Assembly (NCBI GenBank): GCA_044375675.1
Contig: JBILMD010000002.1
Coordinates: forward strand, 41,104 to 105,103
Direction of reading: 5' to 3'
DNA: 64,000 nt
Source: Alphaproteobacteria bacterium
Lineage (GTDB): Bacteria > Pseudomonadota > Alphaproteobacteria > JAJTHO01 > CANGYM01
Part shown: one piece after another, positions 1 through 9,398 of the stretch
Numbering within the stretch: the stretch's first letter is position 1
Layout: the number at the start of each line of letters is the position of its first letter
The notes under the pieces: generated by a model
The model's input: the letters and a program-made list of their open reading frames with translations, nothing else
Told to the model about the DNA's origin: nothing
The model's database searches: none
Translations under genes and position numbers: made by a program

Positions 1-626
1 AATTTTTTGCAAATTTCCTCTCGTAAGGTCTCACCCACCCACTGATACATTGTCGCCGCATGTTCGGGTAAAAGATCATCCCTGCTGAGCAGGGGATTGC
101 GGTAAACATCAATTTTTTTTGACTGATCCACCAGATAGTGCAGGGTGGCCTCCCCGATTTTTGCCCCTTTGTTTTTCAGCAATTCTGTAATCAGCAGAGG
201 ATTGTTTTGCTCGATGATAGCATCGCTGACGTGTTCGGTTAAATGTTTGCGGCAGGTAATTGCCATCTGATGCTGCAGGGTGCGGTGGCGAATAATATCA
301 ACCAGCGCCCGATCACTCAGCACATCGCATTTTGATAAAACAACCTCTGCAACAGAAAAATCATCTTGGGCCAGCGCCTCCATCAAAGGGCGTGGCGCTT
401 GGGGGTGATCGGAAAGCGATAACGCCAAGCTTTGTTTCAAATCAAGGGTTGCCGTGTTCAAAAGATGCAACATGATTTCCGTAAAAAGCGCACGCTCTTG
501 ATCGCTCAGGTACGTGTAATCCTCAAGACAAATGGATCCCACAGAATCCGCCAGATTCCGACGATCTTTGGGATCTTGGCTTTTGGCCATATCCAAAATA
601 GCGTTTTTGTTGAACTGCGGTGCCAT
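1..626 (-). CDS. hypothetical helical-repeat protein, N-terminal part; the gene runs off the left edge and is absent from the ORF track because it has no stop in the window
   Basis: Manual reverse-complement translation from the ATG (cat at 624-626) stays open to position 1 (MAPQFNKNAILDMAKSQDPKDRRNLADSVGS...). An in-frame stop lies upstream at 672-674. A GGATGG SD-like motif precedes the ATG. Resemblance to alphaproteobacterial DUF2336-type proteins is by recall only. Confidence 0.5.
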   Translation of the reverse strand, partial: MAPQFNKNAILDMAKSQDPKDRRNLADSVGSICLEDYTYLSDQERALFTEIMLHLLNTATLDLKQSLALSLSDHPQAPRPLMEALAQDDFSVAEVVLSKCDVLSDRALVDIIRHRTLQHQMAITCRKHLTEHVSDAIIEQNNPLLITELLKNKGAKIGEATLHYLVDQSKKIDVYRNPLLSRDDLLPEHAATMYQWVGETLREEICKK

Positions 627-689
627 CTGATTCCATCCACATCCGAGGGATACCAGTAGACAGCAATAGGGTTAAAAAAAAGTGTGGAA

Positions 690-1790
690 TCAGCGCTTAG
701 GCAACAAAATCATTGCCTCGCCCCCTGTATTCATGCTGCTGGCAAGGTTCATGGCGTCTGTGCCGGATCCCGTGAAAAAATCAAATCGCTTTGGCCCCCG
801 AATGGCCGATCCCGTATCGTGGCTAAAAGCCACCTTTTCAATCACTTCCCCCGTGGCCTTTGTGTTATCAATACGGATAATAAACGGCAAGCCATAGGCG
901 TGATACGCCGGATCGATGGCCACGCTATGCTGCGCCTCTAAACCATGACCGGAAGCCCCCATAATCTCATTTTGGGTTTCTTTGAAAAAAACATAGCTGG
1001 GGTTGGTATTCATGATGGATTCGGCCACGTTTGGCCCCGCTTTACGAAGGGATTCTTTTATGGACAACATGGTCACGTCTTCTTTTTTCAGCAGTCCGCG
1101 GCGCACGACTTCTTTGCCAATGGCTTTGTAATCATAGCCGTTTCGGCCGGAAAAGGTGATGGATGTTGTGCCCCCATCCGGCAGGGATACCACGCCAGAT
1201 CCCTGGATTTGTAAAAAAAACAGATCCACAGGGTCCTTGGCCCATAAAATAACGTGTTTATCGCCCAAATGACCTGGGATTTGGGCGCGGGGGGGATAGG
1301 GTTTCAGGTTAACCTGTGAACGCATCAGCCAAAGGCGTCGTTTTGGCAGATCAGGATCGGCATCCTGCAAATCCAGAACAGACAAATCATCGGGCCATTC
1401 ATAAACAGGGGTGTTGTAAACGGAGTCTTTTTTATAAGAGGCCTCAAGTCCCGCCAAATAATATCCTGTAAATTTTGCGGGCTCTTGGCCCAAGGGGATA
1501 CATTCAAAATGGCCCTGAAAAAAATCACGAACAGCCTGAGGGTGTGGGGTGGGCCCCATATTGAGGGCTGCTGAGCATGCCGCCTGCCAAGATAGCGGAG
1601 ACCATAGGGATCGATAAGGGGAAGAAGGGGGGACTTGCGGTGGTTTTTCTTGGCATGACCCCAGATAAATGCTCCAAACGGCAGACCAATCCTGCATGGG
1701 TGGGGTGTCATAACAAGATGCGCTAAGGGCCGGAGACGCGGCCCCAACACAACAGGCCAAAACAGCCCATTGAATCCATCCTTTTATCAT
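690..1790 (-). CDS. mltA: membrane-bound lytic murein transglycosylase A (MltA family), signal peptide/possible lipoprotein
   Basis: 366-aa ORF with ATG start. N-terminal signal peptide ending LSASC. MltA/3D-domain-like sequence throughout (…GSGVVSLPDGG…, AIDP…); resemblance to MltA by recall. Confidence 0.85.
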   Translation of the reverse strand: MIKGWIQWAVLACCVGAASPALSASCYDTPPMQDWSAVWSIYLGSCQEKPPQVPPSSPYRSLWSPLSWQAACSAALNMGPTPHPQAVRDFFQGHFECIPLGQEPAKFTGYYLAGLEASYKKDSVYNTPVYEWPDDLSVLDLQDADPDLPKRRLWLMRSQVNLKPYPPRAQIPGHLGDKHVILWAKDPVDLFFLQIQGSGVVSLPDGGTTSITFSGRNGYDYKAIGKEVVRRGLLKKEDVTMLSIKESLRKAGPNVAESIMNTNPSYVFFKETQNEIMGASGHGLEAQHSVAIDPAYHAYGLPFIIRIDNTKATGEVIEKVAFSHDTGSAIRGPKRFDFFTGSGTDAMNLASSMNTGGEAMILLPKR

Positions 1791-2431
1791 GCCGACCCTG
1801 CCCGCACTGCCACCAAAGACCAGTTCGGGTTGGGGGCTTTTAAATCTCTGGCAAAGGACCAGATATCTCTGACTTCGATGATGTGATCCGCATCGCCTTC
1901 AATCACATTTCCTTCGGCCTCTTTGACAAACTCGGCTTGGTCGCTGTCAAAAATGACATCTATGGTGGCCTGGGACCCCTGTAACATCGCCTGGTTGACG
2001 ATGGCATCCCGAATACGGTGCAGGGTAAAGTGAACGGTTTCTTTGTTTTTTGCGCGTTGATCGATGGTTTTGCAAAATGTTTTAAAGACATCAGGGCTCA
2101 GCAGGGGTGCCAAGGTCTCTTTGTCCCCAGCGGCAAAGGCGGTTACGATGATTTTAAAGGCTTCTTTGGCCCCCCCCAAAAAAGATTTTTCTGAAAAAGT
2201 GGGGTCGATTTTGGCCATGGCCTTCAGGATGTGGTCCAAAGACGAACCCCCTGATGGGGATGATGGATCCGAAGAGGTAATTTCATCGGGATTCAGAGTG
2301 ATAACGGAACTCTCTTGCGCAAACGAAAAGGGCTTTTGTGTTGGCGTATCCTCTGGGGGTGCGCCCAAAACGCCACGATAACGGATGAAAAAATAAACGG
2401 CTAATCCTAAAAAAAACAGAATGTCGAGCAT
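1787..2431 (-). CDS. Tim44-like domain protein (alphaproteobacterial Tim44 homologue)
   Basis: ORF 1787..2497. I prefer the ATG at 2429-2431 (MLDILFFLGLAVYFF… N-terminal TM helix) over the TTG at 2497. The C-terminal half looks like a Tim44 domain. The 4-nt overlap with mltA is a common arrangement. Confidence 0.75.
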   Translation of the reverse strand: MLDILFFLGLAVYFFIRYRGVLGAPPEDTPTQKPFSFAQESSVITLNPDEITSSDPSSPSGGSSLDHILKAMAKIDPTFSEKSFLGGAKEAFKIIVTAFAAGDKETLAPLLSPDVFKTFCKTIDQRAKNKETVHFTLHRIRDAIVNQAMLQGSQATIDVIFDSDQAEFVKEAEGNVIEGDADHIIEVRDIWSFARDLKAPNPNWSLVAVRAGSA

Positions 2432-2678
2432 TGTATGATGCCTAAATTGACGCTGGTCTATCGCTTGGGAAACGATTATGCTACAAAACGTCTTCAAAAA
2501 CTACGAAAAAACCATCATGCGGCTTTGGGCTTTGTCCTTTATCGATAGTTTCGGGGTTTTGGGCCATAAAAGGTTCTATGGGATGCGCCAAGGGCAGGCA
2601 TACTTGGGGGAACATTCAAAAAAATCTTTGATGCCCCATGTCATTATGGGTTTTGTAAAGCAAGGTTAGGGATTCCTC

Positions 2679-3392
2679 ATGCGCCCCGTTATCGGATTGA
2701 CATTGGATTCTGAGGATGAAGGGGGCGGCTACTCCGCCATGCCTTGGTACGCCCTGCGACAAAATTATTGTCATGCTGTGCATCAGGCGGGGGGCTTGCC
2801 CCTATTATTGCCCCATTACCCCGAAGAGGCTGCGCACTATGCGGACCGTCTGGATGGTTTGATTGTCACGGGGGGGGATTTTGATCTGGACCCGCGACTT
2901 TATGGGGAAAGCACCATTCACGAGCGCGTCACCATCAAACACAGGCGCACCCAGTTTGAATGGGCGTTGGTGGAGGCCATGCTGCGTCAAGACAAACCCG
3001 TTTTGGGCATTTGTGGGGGTCAGCAGCTATTGGCCGTTATTTTGGGGGCCACGTTGATTCAGCACATCCCCGATGCTCTGCCCTCGGCCTTGGCCCATGA
3101 ACAACCCAACCCCCGAACAGAATCTGGACACGCAGTTACCGTTGTTCCTGATTCGTTGCTGTTTCATATCGTTCAAAAGAAAACCTTGCATGTGAACTCA
3201 GCCCATCATCAGGCTGTTCGTTCTGTCCCAGACACGCTGATTGTCAATGCCTTTGCGCCGGATGGAATTATTGAGGGCATCGAAGCCCCGCGCTATCGTT
3301 TTTGTCTTGGCGTGCAGTGGCATCCTGAATATCATGTCGACAGCGCCGATGGGCGTTTGTTTGATTGTTTGATTCAGGCAGCAACGGCATGA
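2679..3392 (+). CDS. class I glutamine amidotransferase / peptidase C26 (gamma-glutamyl-GABA hydrolase PuuD-like)
   Basis: 237 aa with ATG start. GICGGQQLL catalytic-Cys motif and a C-terminal His/Glu region typical of the C26 family. Confidence 0.8.
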   Translation: MRPVIGLTLDSEDEGGGYSAMPWYALRQNYCHAVHQAGGLPLLLPHYPEEAAHYADRLDGLIVTGGDFDLDPRLYGESTIHERVTIKHRRTQFEWALVEAMLRQDKPVLGICGGQQLLAVILGATLIQHIPDALPSALAHEQPNPRTESGHAVTVVPDSLLFHIVQKKTLHVNSAHHQAVRSVPDTLIVNAFAPDGIIEGIEAPRYRFCLGVQWHPEYHVDSADGRLFDCLIQAATA

Positions 3393-4918
3393 AACCTTTT
3401 TTTTGGATTGCAGTCTTTTTATTGTCTTGGTGCGGCTCCTCGCTGGCGGCCCTTGGGGTGGCGTCCCCTGTGTTATCCTCCTCGCCTCTGGCAGAAACGA
3501 AGTCCTTGGATTTTGATAATCTTAGTGCGGGTCCGTCAGACCCCGAGATTCAGCCCCAGTGGTCTTTGGACAATTTTTCTGATGTTGCGGTGTCATTCCA
3601 AAACCTTGGGCGGGGACAAAAAACAGCCCTGATCCGAAATCTGATGCACCCTGTTTTGATAACCGGAACGGATGGCCCTCAGGGGCAGCCGGAACCGGCG
3701 GCGTTTCTTCATCAACGTCTTTCCGCCCTTATCGCTTTGGGGTTTGTGGAGGATGCTTGGGCCCTGTTACAGAAAATCCCAAAAGAACAGCGCCCTGCTG
3801 TTTTGCATGGGGATGCGGTGATGATCATGTTGCTGCAAAATCGCCGTGTTGATGCCTGCGCTTACGGGGATTCCATCCCTGACACGAGCGCCAAAATCAG
3901 GGCATTTTGTTTGGTGTCTGTCCAAGATACGGACAAAGCCCAGCTGCTGATGGACCTTGAGGCCGAATACAATCCCGCAGCCGCCCAAGACCCTTTTTGG
4001 GTTCTTTTAAGGCAGGTTTTGGATGATTTGCCCCCCAGCGTAGAGGTTACCGATCCCCTCTCGGTCATGTTGGCGCTTTACCAGAAAAAAGCGTTTTCTG
4101 TGTCTTCTTTTTCACCCATGGCTGTGCCGTTTTATGTATGGATTGCCAATGCGCCGTTTATGCCGATAGACACCAGAATCGCCGCAGCAGAAGCGGCCTT
4201 GGCCGCCGATGTGTTTTCTCCGTCTATGGTTCGGTCCCTATATGACGCCCATCCTGCCTTCAAGGCTGAGGCGCTGGCCAAGCCGAAAGCGACTTTAAAA
4301 ACACTGGATTCGGGATCCAAAGGGGCTTTTTTGTGGCAATGGTCTAAAAAAAATCCTTCTCGTTTATCAACGCTTATGCGTCTTCTTCCGGAAACGGGCC
4401 TTTCCCCCCAAGTTCTGGCGGGCCTTTTTGAGCCTGTTTTGCAAAACACCTCTGCTTTGAACGATGTGAAACCGTCTGCGGACCTTATTGCCGCGCTTCT
4501 TTACTTGGGGGATCAAGAGCAGGCCAAGATGCTTTGGGATCAGTTGGCACGGCAGGCGCTTGGTCAAAGTCTTGATGCCAAAAGTGAGCTTTTGAAAACA
4601 TGGGGTTATGATAATGTGTTTGATCTTAGCCCCCACATTTCAGGACACGCGGGGGGATGGCAGATGTTGATTCATAAAATGTGGGAAAAAACTGTCTATA
4701 CCCATCAGGTTGCGGTGTTGGATTATCTCACAGGCAGGGCCAAAGCCCCCCCCAGCAGCATCACCACAGGCTTTGACATTACGAAACTGTGTTTATCTCT
4801 TCAAAATCTTAAGGAATCCCCCCCAACGCGGTTAACTTTGGGGAAATATTTTTCGATGATCAAAAGTTATGCGCCCGAGCAAAAGCTTTCTTTTGCTCGG
4901 GCTGTTTATGTACCTTAA
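3389..4918 (+). CDS. hypothetical secreted Ala/Leu-rich helical-repeat protein
   Basis: ORF 3365..4918. The internal ATG at 3389 gives a clean signal peptide, MKPFFWIAVFLLSWCGSSLAALGVASP. I recognise no family. Confidence 0.6.
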   Translation: MKPFFWIAVFLLSWCGSSLAALGVASPVLSSSPLAETKSLDFDNLSAGPSDPEIQPQWSLDNFSDVAVSFQNLGRGQKTALIRNLMHPVLITGTDGPQGQPEPAAFLHQRLSALIALGFVEDAWALLQKIPKEQRPAVLHGDAVMIMLLQNRRVDACAYGDSIPDTSAKIRAFCLVSVQDTDKAQLLMDLEAEYNPAAAQDPFWVLLRQVLDDLPPSVEVTDPLSVMLALYQKKAFSVSSFSPMAVPFYVWIANAPFMPIDTRIAAAEAALAADVFSPSMVRSLYDAHPAFKAEALAKPKATLKTLDSGSKGAFLWQWSKKNPSRLSTLMRLLPETGLSPQVLAGLFEPVLQNTSALNDVKPSADLIAALLYLGDQEQAKMLWDQLARQALGQSLDAKSELLKTWGYDNVFDLSPHISGHAGGWQMLIHKMWEKTVYTHQVAVLDYLTGRAKAPPSSITTGFDITKLCLSLQNLKESPPTRLTLGKYFSMIKSYAPEQKLSFARAVYVP

Positions 4919-4945
4919 CGATTCTTTTTTTTAAAGAGGCCCCCC

Positions 4946-5665
4946 ATGTACGACATGACCTACACCATTCATGGGACCAGCATGGAGATTGTAGAATTCA
5001 GCCTTTTCCCCGGGCAATTTATTCAGGCTGAGATAGGGTCCATGATCTATATGGGCGATTCCATGGAGATGAAAACCGGCACAGGGGGGGGGATTTGGAA
5101 AGGCCTGAAGCGAAAACTGGCCGGTGAACGATTTTTGGTTTCCCAGTTTAAAAACCGCGGAATAGAAAAATCCTATGTCGGGATAGGGTCCTATTACCCA
5201 GGCAAAATTCAAATGATTAACCTCGGTGCCCATGATGGGGTTTATTACACACAAAAGCGGGCTTTTTTATGTGCCACGCCCGACGTGGACATCAGCATTG
5301 GCATCGCAAAGCGCCTGGGGGTGGGTTTTTTTGGGGGGGAAGGCTTCATTTTGCAAAAATATTCGGGCGAGGGAATGGTTTTTATCCACGCAGGAGGAAC
5401 GATTATCCGCAAAGTTCTGAATCACGATGAAACCCTGCAGGTGGACACGGGATGCCTTTTGGGATTTAGCGCAACGGTGGATTATAACATTCGGATGGTG
5501 AGCGGGATTATGAATCCCCTTTTCGGGGGAGAAGGGTTGTTTTTGGCGCACCTGAAAGGCCCTGGTGAAGTCATCATGCAATCCCTGCCGTTTTCTCGGT
5601 TGGCGGATAACCTGTATGCCGTTATGTCACAGTTTACCGCCACCCCCCAGAAAGACGAGGGCTAA
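4946..5665 (+). CDS. AIM24 family protein (TIGR00266/DUF124)
   Basis: 239 aa. The N-terminus YTIHGTSMEIVEFSLFPGQFIQAEIGSMIYM matches the AIM24/DUF124 pattern. Confidence 0.8.
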   Translation: MYDMTYTIHGTSMEIVEFSLFPGQFIQAEIGSMIYMGDSMEMKTGTGGGIWKGLKRKLAGERFLVSQFKNRGIEKSYVGIGSYYPGKIQMINLGAHDGVYYTQKRAFLCATPDVDISIGIAKRLGVGFFGGEGFILQKYSGEGMVFIHAGGTIIRKVLNHDETLQVDTGCLLGFSATVDYNIRMVSGIMNPLFGGEGLFLAHLKGPGEVIMQSLPFSRLADNLYAVMSQFTATPQKDEG

Positions 5666-5671
5666 GCCTTT

Positions 5672-6589
5672 GTGCTTTTGACAGTCCCCCCTAAACATCA
5701 TGGAGAGCGTCTGGACCTGTGGCTGTCAACCCTGTTGCCGGATCATAGCCGCAATCAAATCCAGCGCTGGATCCGCGAAGGGGCCGTTCAGATGGCTCAC
5801 ACAGCCCTTGCGCTGCGCCCGTCCCAACGGATTGAAAAGGGGCAAACCTTTGTCATCACTCCGCCAGATGTTCGCCCCACGGATTTGGTGGCCGAAACGA
5901 TTCCTTTGGATATTGTTTTTGAAGATGATGCCCTGGTGGTTGTCAACAAAGCGGCGGGTATGGTCGTGCATCCCGCGGTGGGGCATAGCCAAGGAACGTT
6001 GGTTCACGCCCTGCTCGCCCATTGTGGGGATAGTCTGCGCGGCATCGGGGACATAAAGCGCCCTGGCATCGTGCATCGTCTGGATAAAGAGACCAGCGGC
6101 CTGATGGTGGTGGCCAAAACAGAAAACGTCCACCGCCATTTGGTGGGGCAATTTCAGGACCGCAGTCTGAAACGCACCTATCATGCCTTGTGTTCAGGAA
6201 CGCCGCAGCCCCCCAAGGGCACCATTGTCACCCTTATGGGGCGCTCGCCCTTGCATCGGAAAAAAATGGCCGTTGTCCCTAAAAATGGCAAAGAGGCCAT
6301 CACCCATTATGAAACCCTGAAAACCTTCGGGGATCGCAGCTTGATCGTGTGTCGTCTGGATACAGGACGAACACACCAAATTCGCGTGCATCTGCAGCAT
6401 ATTGGCCATCCCCTGTTGGGGGATCCTGTTTATGGGGGACGCCGAAGTCAGACCCCTCTGATTCAGCGGCAAGCCCTGCATGCGTCCCATTTGTCCCTGA
6501 TCCATCCCATAACCCAAGACCAGATGCATTTTTCCTGTCCATGGCCACAGGATTTTATCGACGCCGTGGGGGAAACTATGCCATACTAA
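5672..6589 (+). CDS. rluD: 23S rRNA pseudouridine synthase, RluA/RluD family
   Basis: GTG start directly after the upstream stop. S4-like N-terminus (GERLDLWLS…). HRLDKETSGLMVVAKT catalytic-Asp motif. Confidence 0.85.
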   Translation: MLLTVPPKHHGERLDLWLSTLLPDHSRNQIQRWIREGAVQMAHTALALRPSQRIEKGQTFVITPPDVRPTDLVAETIPLDIVFEDDALVVVNKAAGMVVHPAVGHSQGTLVHALLAHCGDSLRGIGDIKRPGIVHRLDKETSGLMVVAKTENVHRHLVGQFQDRSLKRTYHALCSGTPQPPKGTIVTLMGRSPLHRKKMAVVPKNGKEAITHYETLKTFGDRSLIVCRLDTGRTHQIRVHLQHIGHPLLGDPVYGGRRSQTPLIQRQALHASHLSLIHPITQDQMHFSCPWPQDFIDAVGETMPY

Positions 6590-6600
6590 TCGACCTTTGT

Positions 6601-6685
<85 letters not shown>

Positions 6686-6723
6686 TGTTGAAAAAATCTT
6701 GTCTTTGTTAAGGGTCCCTTGGG

Positions 6724-7839
6724 TTAACCATGCACCAAGGGCTGATTGAAAAGGCCCTCAAAAGCAGACTCCAGACCTGAAGCCATGGCCCCGATGTCAA
6801 TTTTTCCAAAATTCTGAGCGGGGATTTTGGGGAACATTAAACCCGCATCCGACGCCAGACGCTTGGCAATGCCCATGATGCTGGATGCCTGATAATTTTG
6901 GGTTTCCATGGCCTGCGCTGCCATGTCCATAATGGGCGCAGTGTTTTTGCTGGCGATGGTGTACAGGGCGTGGCCGCTGTGTCTGTGGATGCCCATGGCA
7001 ATGGATGACAAAGAGGCTGATCTCAGCTGCCCAATGCCGTTTGCAATGTCGTTTTCATTGACATTCAGGGCTTTGGCAACATCGCGGGATTTGACCTCGA
7101 TGCTGTACTCTGCCAGCACGTCATCAATGCGGTCCATCACAAAATCGGGGTGCACCACTTGCCGGTAATTCAAAATCTCTGGCCCCGACAAAATTACGGC
7201 CTGGGCCAGCATGGTGACGGAAGAACTGATCCCCAGGACAGAGGTGAGGGTTGTAGGCGAGGTCAGCGCCACAGCCCCAATGCCGGCGGCCCCCAGCCAG
7301 AAGGAAGCCCCCCCCCGTCCCAACATCGTGAGCATGGCATAGCGTATCAGACGCTTGGGCAGCAAATGGCGGGGCATGTCCTGCATCATTTTGGTTTTGA
7401 GTTCGTCCACGGGCATCCCGCTGGCGCGGGCCATATCCAAATAATTTTGGGTTTGATCCAAAATGGGTTGAATATGATGCAGGCCTGTTTTGATCAGCCT
7501 GCTGATCACACCCCCCGCCCCCATGAGGCCCCCCAAAAAGAAGGATAAAAAGCTCGACATCAGCAAGCCCTGAATCATGGAAAAGATGCCTGCCCCCATG
7601 AGTCCTTTTTGCATGTAGGGCAACAAGGCCCCATCATGATCCAGCAAATTCATACGGGCTGCGCTGCGGCGGTTTTTTCGTTGACGGGGTTTTTTGCTGG
7701 GGGTTGCGGCGGCTTCTTCAAAAACAAAGCTGACCCCTAGGCTCTCTAAAACAGCGCGACGGGCCAGAACGTCATCCGAAATCAGCGTTTGGCCGTCGGA
7801 TTCTGGCGCGTTTTGCAAAGAGACAGGGGTTGTTGTCAT
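6724..7839 (-). CDS. hypothetical protein with basic N-terminal tract and glycine-zipper hydrophobic segments
   Basis: 371-aa ORF, normal GC. KKPRQRKNRRSAAR tract. Segments such as LMGAGIFSMIQGLLMSSFLSFFLGGLMGAGGVISRL and ASFWLGAAGIGAVALTS. No recognisable family. Confidence 0.6.
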   Translation of the reverse strand: MTTTPVSLQNAPESDGQTLISDDVLARRAVLESLGVSFVFEEAAATPSKKPRQRKNRRSAARMNLLDHDGALLPYMQKGLMGAGIFSMIQGLLMSSFLSFFLGGLMGAGGVISRLIKTGLHHIQPILDQTQNYLDMARASGMPVDELKTKMMQDMPRHLLPKRLIRYAMLTMLGRGGASFWLGAAGIGAVALTSPTTLTSVLGISSSVTMLAQAVILSGPEILNYRQVVHPDFVMDRIDDVLAEYSIEVKSRDVAKALNVNENDIANGIGQLRSASLSSIAMGIHRHSGHALYTIASKNTAPIMDMAAQAMETQNYQASSIMGIAKRLASDAGLMFPKIPAQNFGKIDIGAMASGLESAFEGLFNQPLVHG

Positions 7840-8058
7840 GCCAATCCGTGGTTAAAAAAGGTTGTCTATCAAGATCAAGAAGTCGAAAAACAAAACAATC
7901 GTGATGGACAACATTTTCTACCTTTAGTCTAGTATAATCACGTTTTTCGCGTGCGTACTGTGATGCCTGTCACATTGAGCGGCGTTATTTTTTTGTATAA
8001 ACTACCCAAAAAGGGGTGTATAATCCCCCATCCAGAACACAATGGATGTTGCTTGATC

Positions 8059-8856
8059 ATGAAAACGCTGTCTTATGTTTTGCTCGCAGTCCTGATTGTG
8101 GCTGGCACTCTGCTTTATACCCGTGGTCTGCCATCCGCCCCATGGTCCCAGCCCCCTGTCGATCAGAAACAGCGTGTGATTCGTATTGGCACCGAAGCCC
8201 TATATCGTCCCTTTAATTATTTTGATGATACGGGTCGGCTCACGGGCTTTGATATTGATATTGTCCGTGCCATTTGTGAAACAGAGGGTCTGACGTGTGA
8301 GTTTATTTCCCAAGATTGGGATGGTCTGATTCCCAGTCTGCTTGCCAAAAAATTTGATGTGATCGCGGCCAGTCTGTCTATTACGCCGGAACGCAAGAAG
8401 GCCGTGGCCTTCACCAACCGTTACTACCGCACACCCATACGGTTTATTACTGCAAAAAATCAGACGTTGGTCATTTCGCCTGAGGGCCTGAAGGGCAAAA
8501 AAGTGGGCGCCCAGCGGGCCACCACGGCCGCCATTTATCTGAATGCCAACTTTGCTGGGATTGCGGACATTAAACTGTACGATACTCAGCAAAATGGGTA
8601 TCTGGATTTGAAAAGTGGGCGACTGGATGCCATGCTTTCGGACGCCATCATGGGATGGTCTTGGCTGTTGTCGGATGAGGGTAAGGGGTATGCCTTTCGC
8701 AGTGAGTCCATTTATGTAGACGAAGGGATCGGTTTTGCCATGCGTCAGGATGAAGAGGAACTTGTGGCCATCTTTAACCAAGGCCTGAATAAAATCTTGA
8801 GCAACGGCACCTATGACATGATCCGCCAGCGCTATTTCCCCTTTGATATTTATTGA
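8059..8856 (+). CDS. amino-acid ABC transporter substrate-binding protein (family 3 SBP, Lys/Arg/Orn/His-type)
   Basis: ORF 7951..8856. ATG at 8059 gives signal peptide MKTLSYVLLAVLIVAGTLL. IRIGTEALYRPFNYFDD… and FDVIAASLSITPERKK are typical of this family. The upstream intergenic region is AT-rich and contains TATAAT-like boxes. Confidence 0.85.
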   Translation: MKTLSYVLLAVLIVAGTLLYTRGLPSAPWSQPPVDQKQRVIRIGTEALYRPFNYFDDTGRLTGFDIDIVRAICETEGLTCEFISQDWDGLIPSLLAKKFDVIAASLSITPERKKAVAFTNRYYRTPIRFITAKNQTLVISPEGLKGKKVGAQRATTAAIYLNANFAGIADIKLYDTQQNGYLDLKSGRLDAMLSDAIMGWSWLLSDEGKGYAFRSESIYVDEGIGFAMRQDEEELVAIFNQGLNKILSNGTYDMIRQRYFPFDIY

Positions 8857-8880
8857 TTTTTGGATACTCGGGATTGTTTT

Positions 8881-9396
8881 ATGACCCAAGAGCGCCCTCA
8901 GGAACGTACCCATATCATCTCTGTTTTGGTAGATAATGAGCCTGGGGTTCTGGCCCGTGTTATTGGCCTGTTTTCTGGGCGTGGGTATAACATCGAAAGT
9001 TTGACCGTATCTGAGGTGGATGCAGAGGCCATGCTGTCGCGCATTACCCTCGTCACCCGTGGCACCAGTCAGATTATTGAGCAAATTAAGGCCCAGCTGT
9101 TTCGCATTGTGCCTGTGCGTACGGTTAAGGATCTGACAGAAAATGGACCCGTTGTTGACCGCGAACTGGCTTTGGTGAAGGTTCTCAGCCAGGGAGAATC
9201 CCGTTTAGAGGCCATGCGTCTGGCGGATATTTTTCGGGCGCGGGTTGTGGATAGCACGCTGCAGTCTTTGATTTTTGAGGTTTCCGGTCGCACGGATAAA
9301 GTTGAGGCGTTTATTGCCCTGATGAGGCCCTTGGGCTGTATTGAAATTGCCCGTACAGGGTGTGTCGCCATGGCGCGAGGGGAAGCGCCTTTTTAA
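8881..9396 (+). CDS. ilvH: acetolactate synthase small (regulatory) subunit
   Basis: ATG at 8881, in preference to the TTG at 8860. The ACT domain THIISVLVDNEPGVLARVIGLFSGRGYNIESLTV and the C-terminal ALS_ss_C-like region match IlvH/IlvN. Confidence 0.85.
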   Translation: MTQERPQERTHIISVLVDNEPGVLARVIGLFSGRGYNIESLTVSEVDAEAMLSRITLVTRGTSQIIEQIKAQLFRIVPVRTVKDLTENGPVVDRELALVKVLSQGESRLEAMRLADIFRARVVDSTLQSLIFEVSGRTDKVEAFIALMRPLGCIEIARTGCVAMARGEAPF

Positions 9397-9398
9397 TC

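Noticed and set aside
432-659. 75-aa + strand ORF
   Set aside because: It lies antisense and within the N-terminal part of the better-supported minus-strand gene (1..626). No homology features seen. Likely a shadow ORF.
8200-9084. 294-aa minus-strand ORF spanning the SBP and ilvH genes
   Set aside because: It is antisense to two genes with strong family signatures. A long open frame in a GC-rich region is expected by chance.
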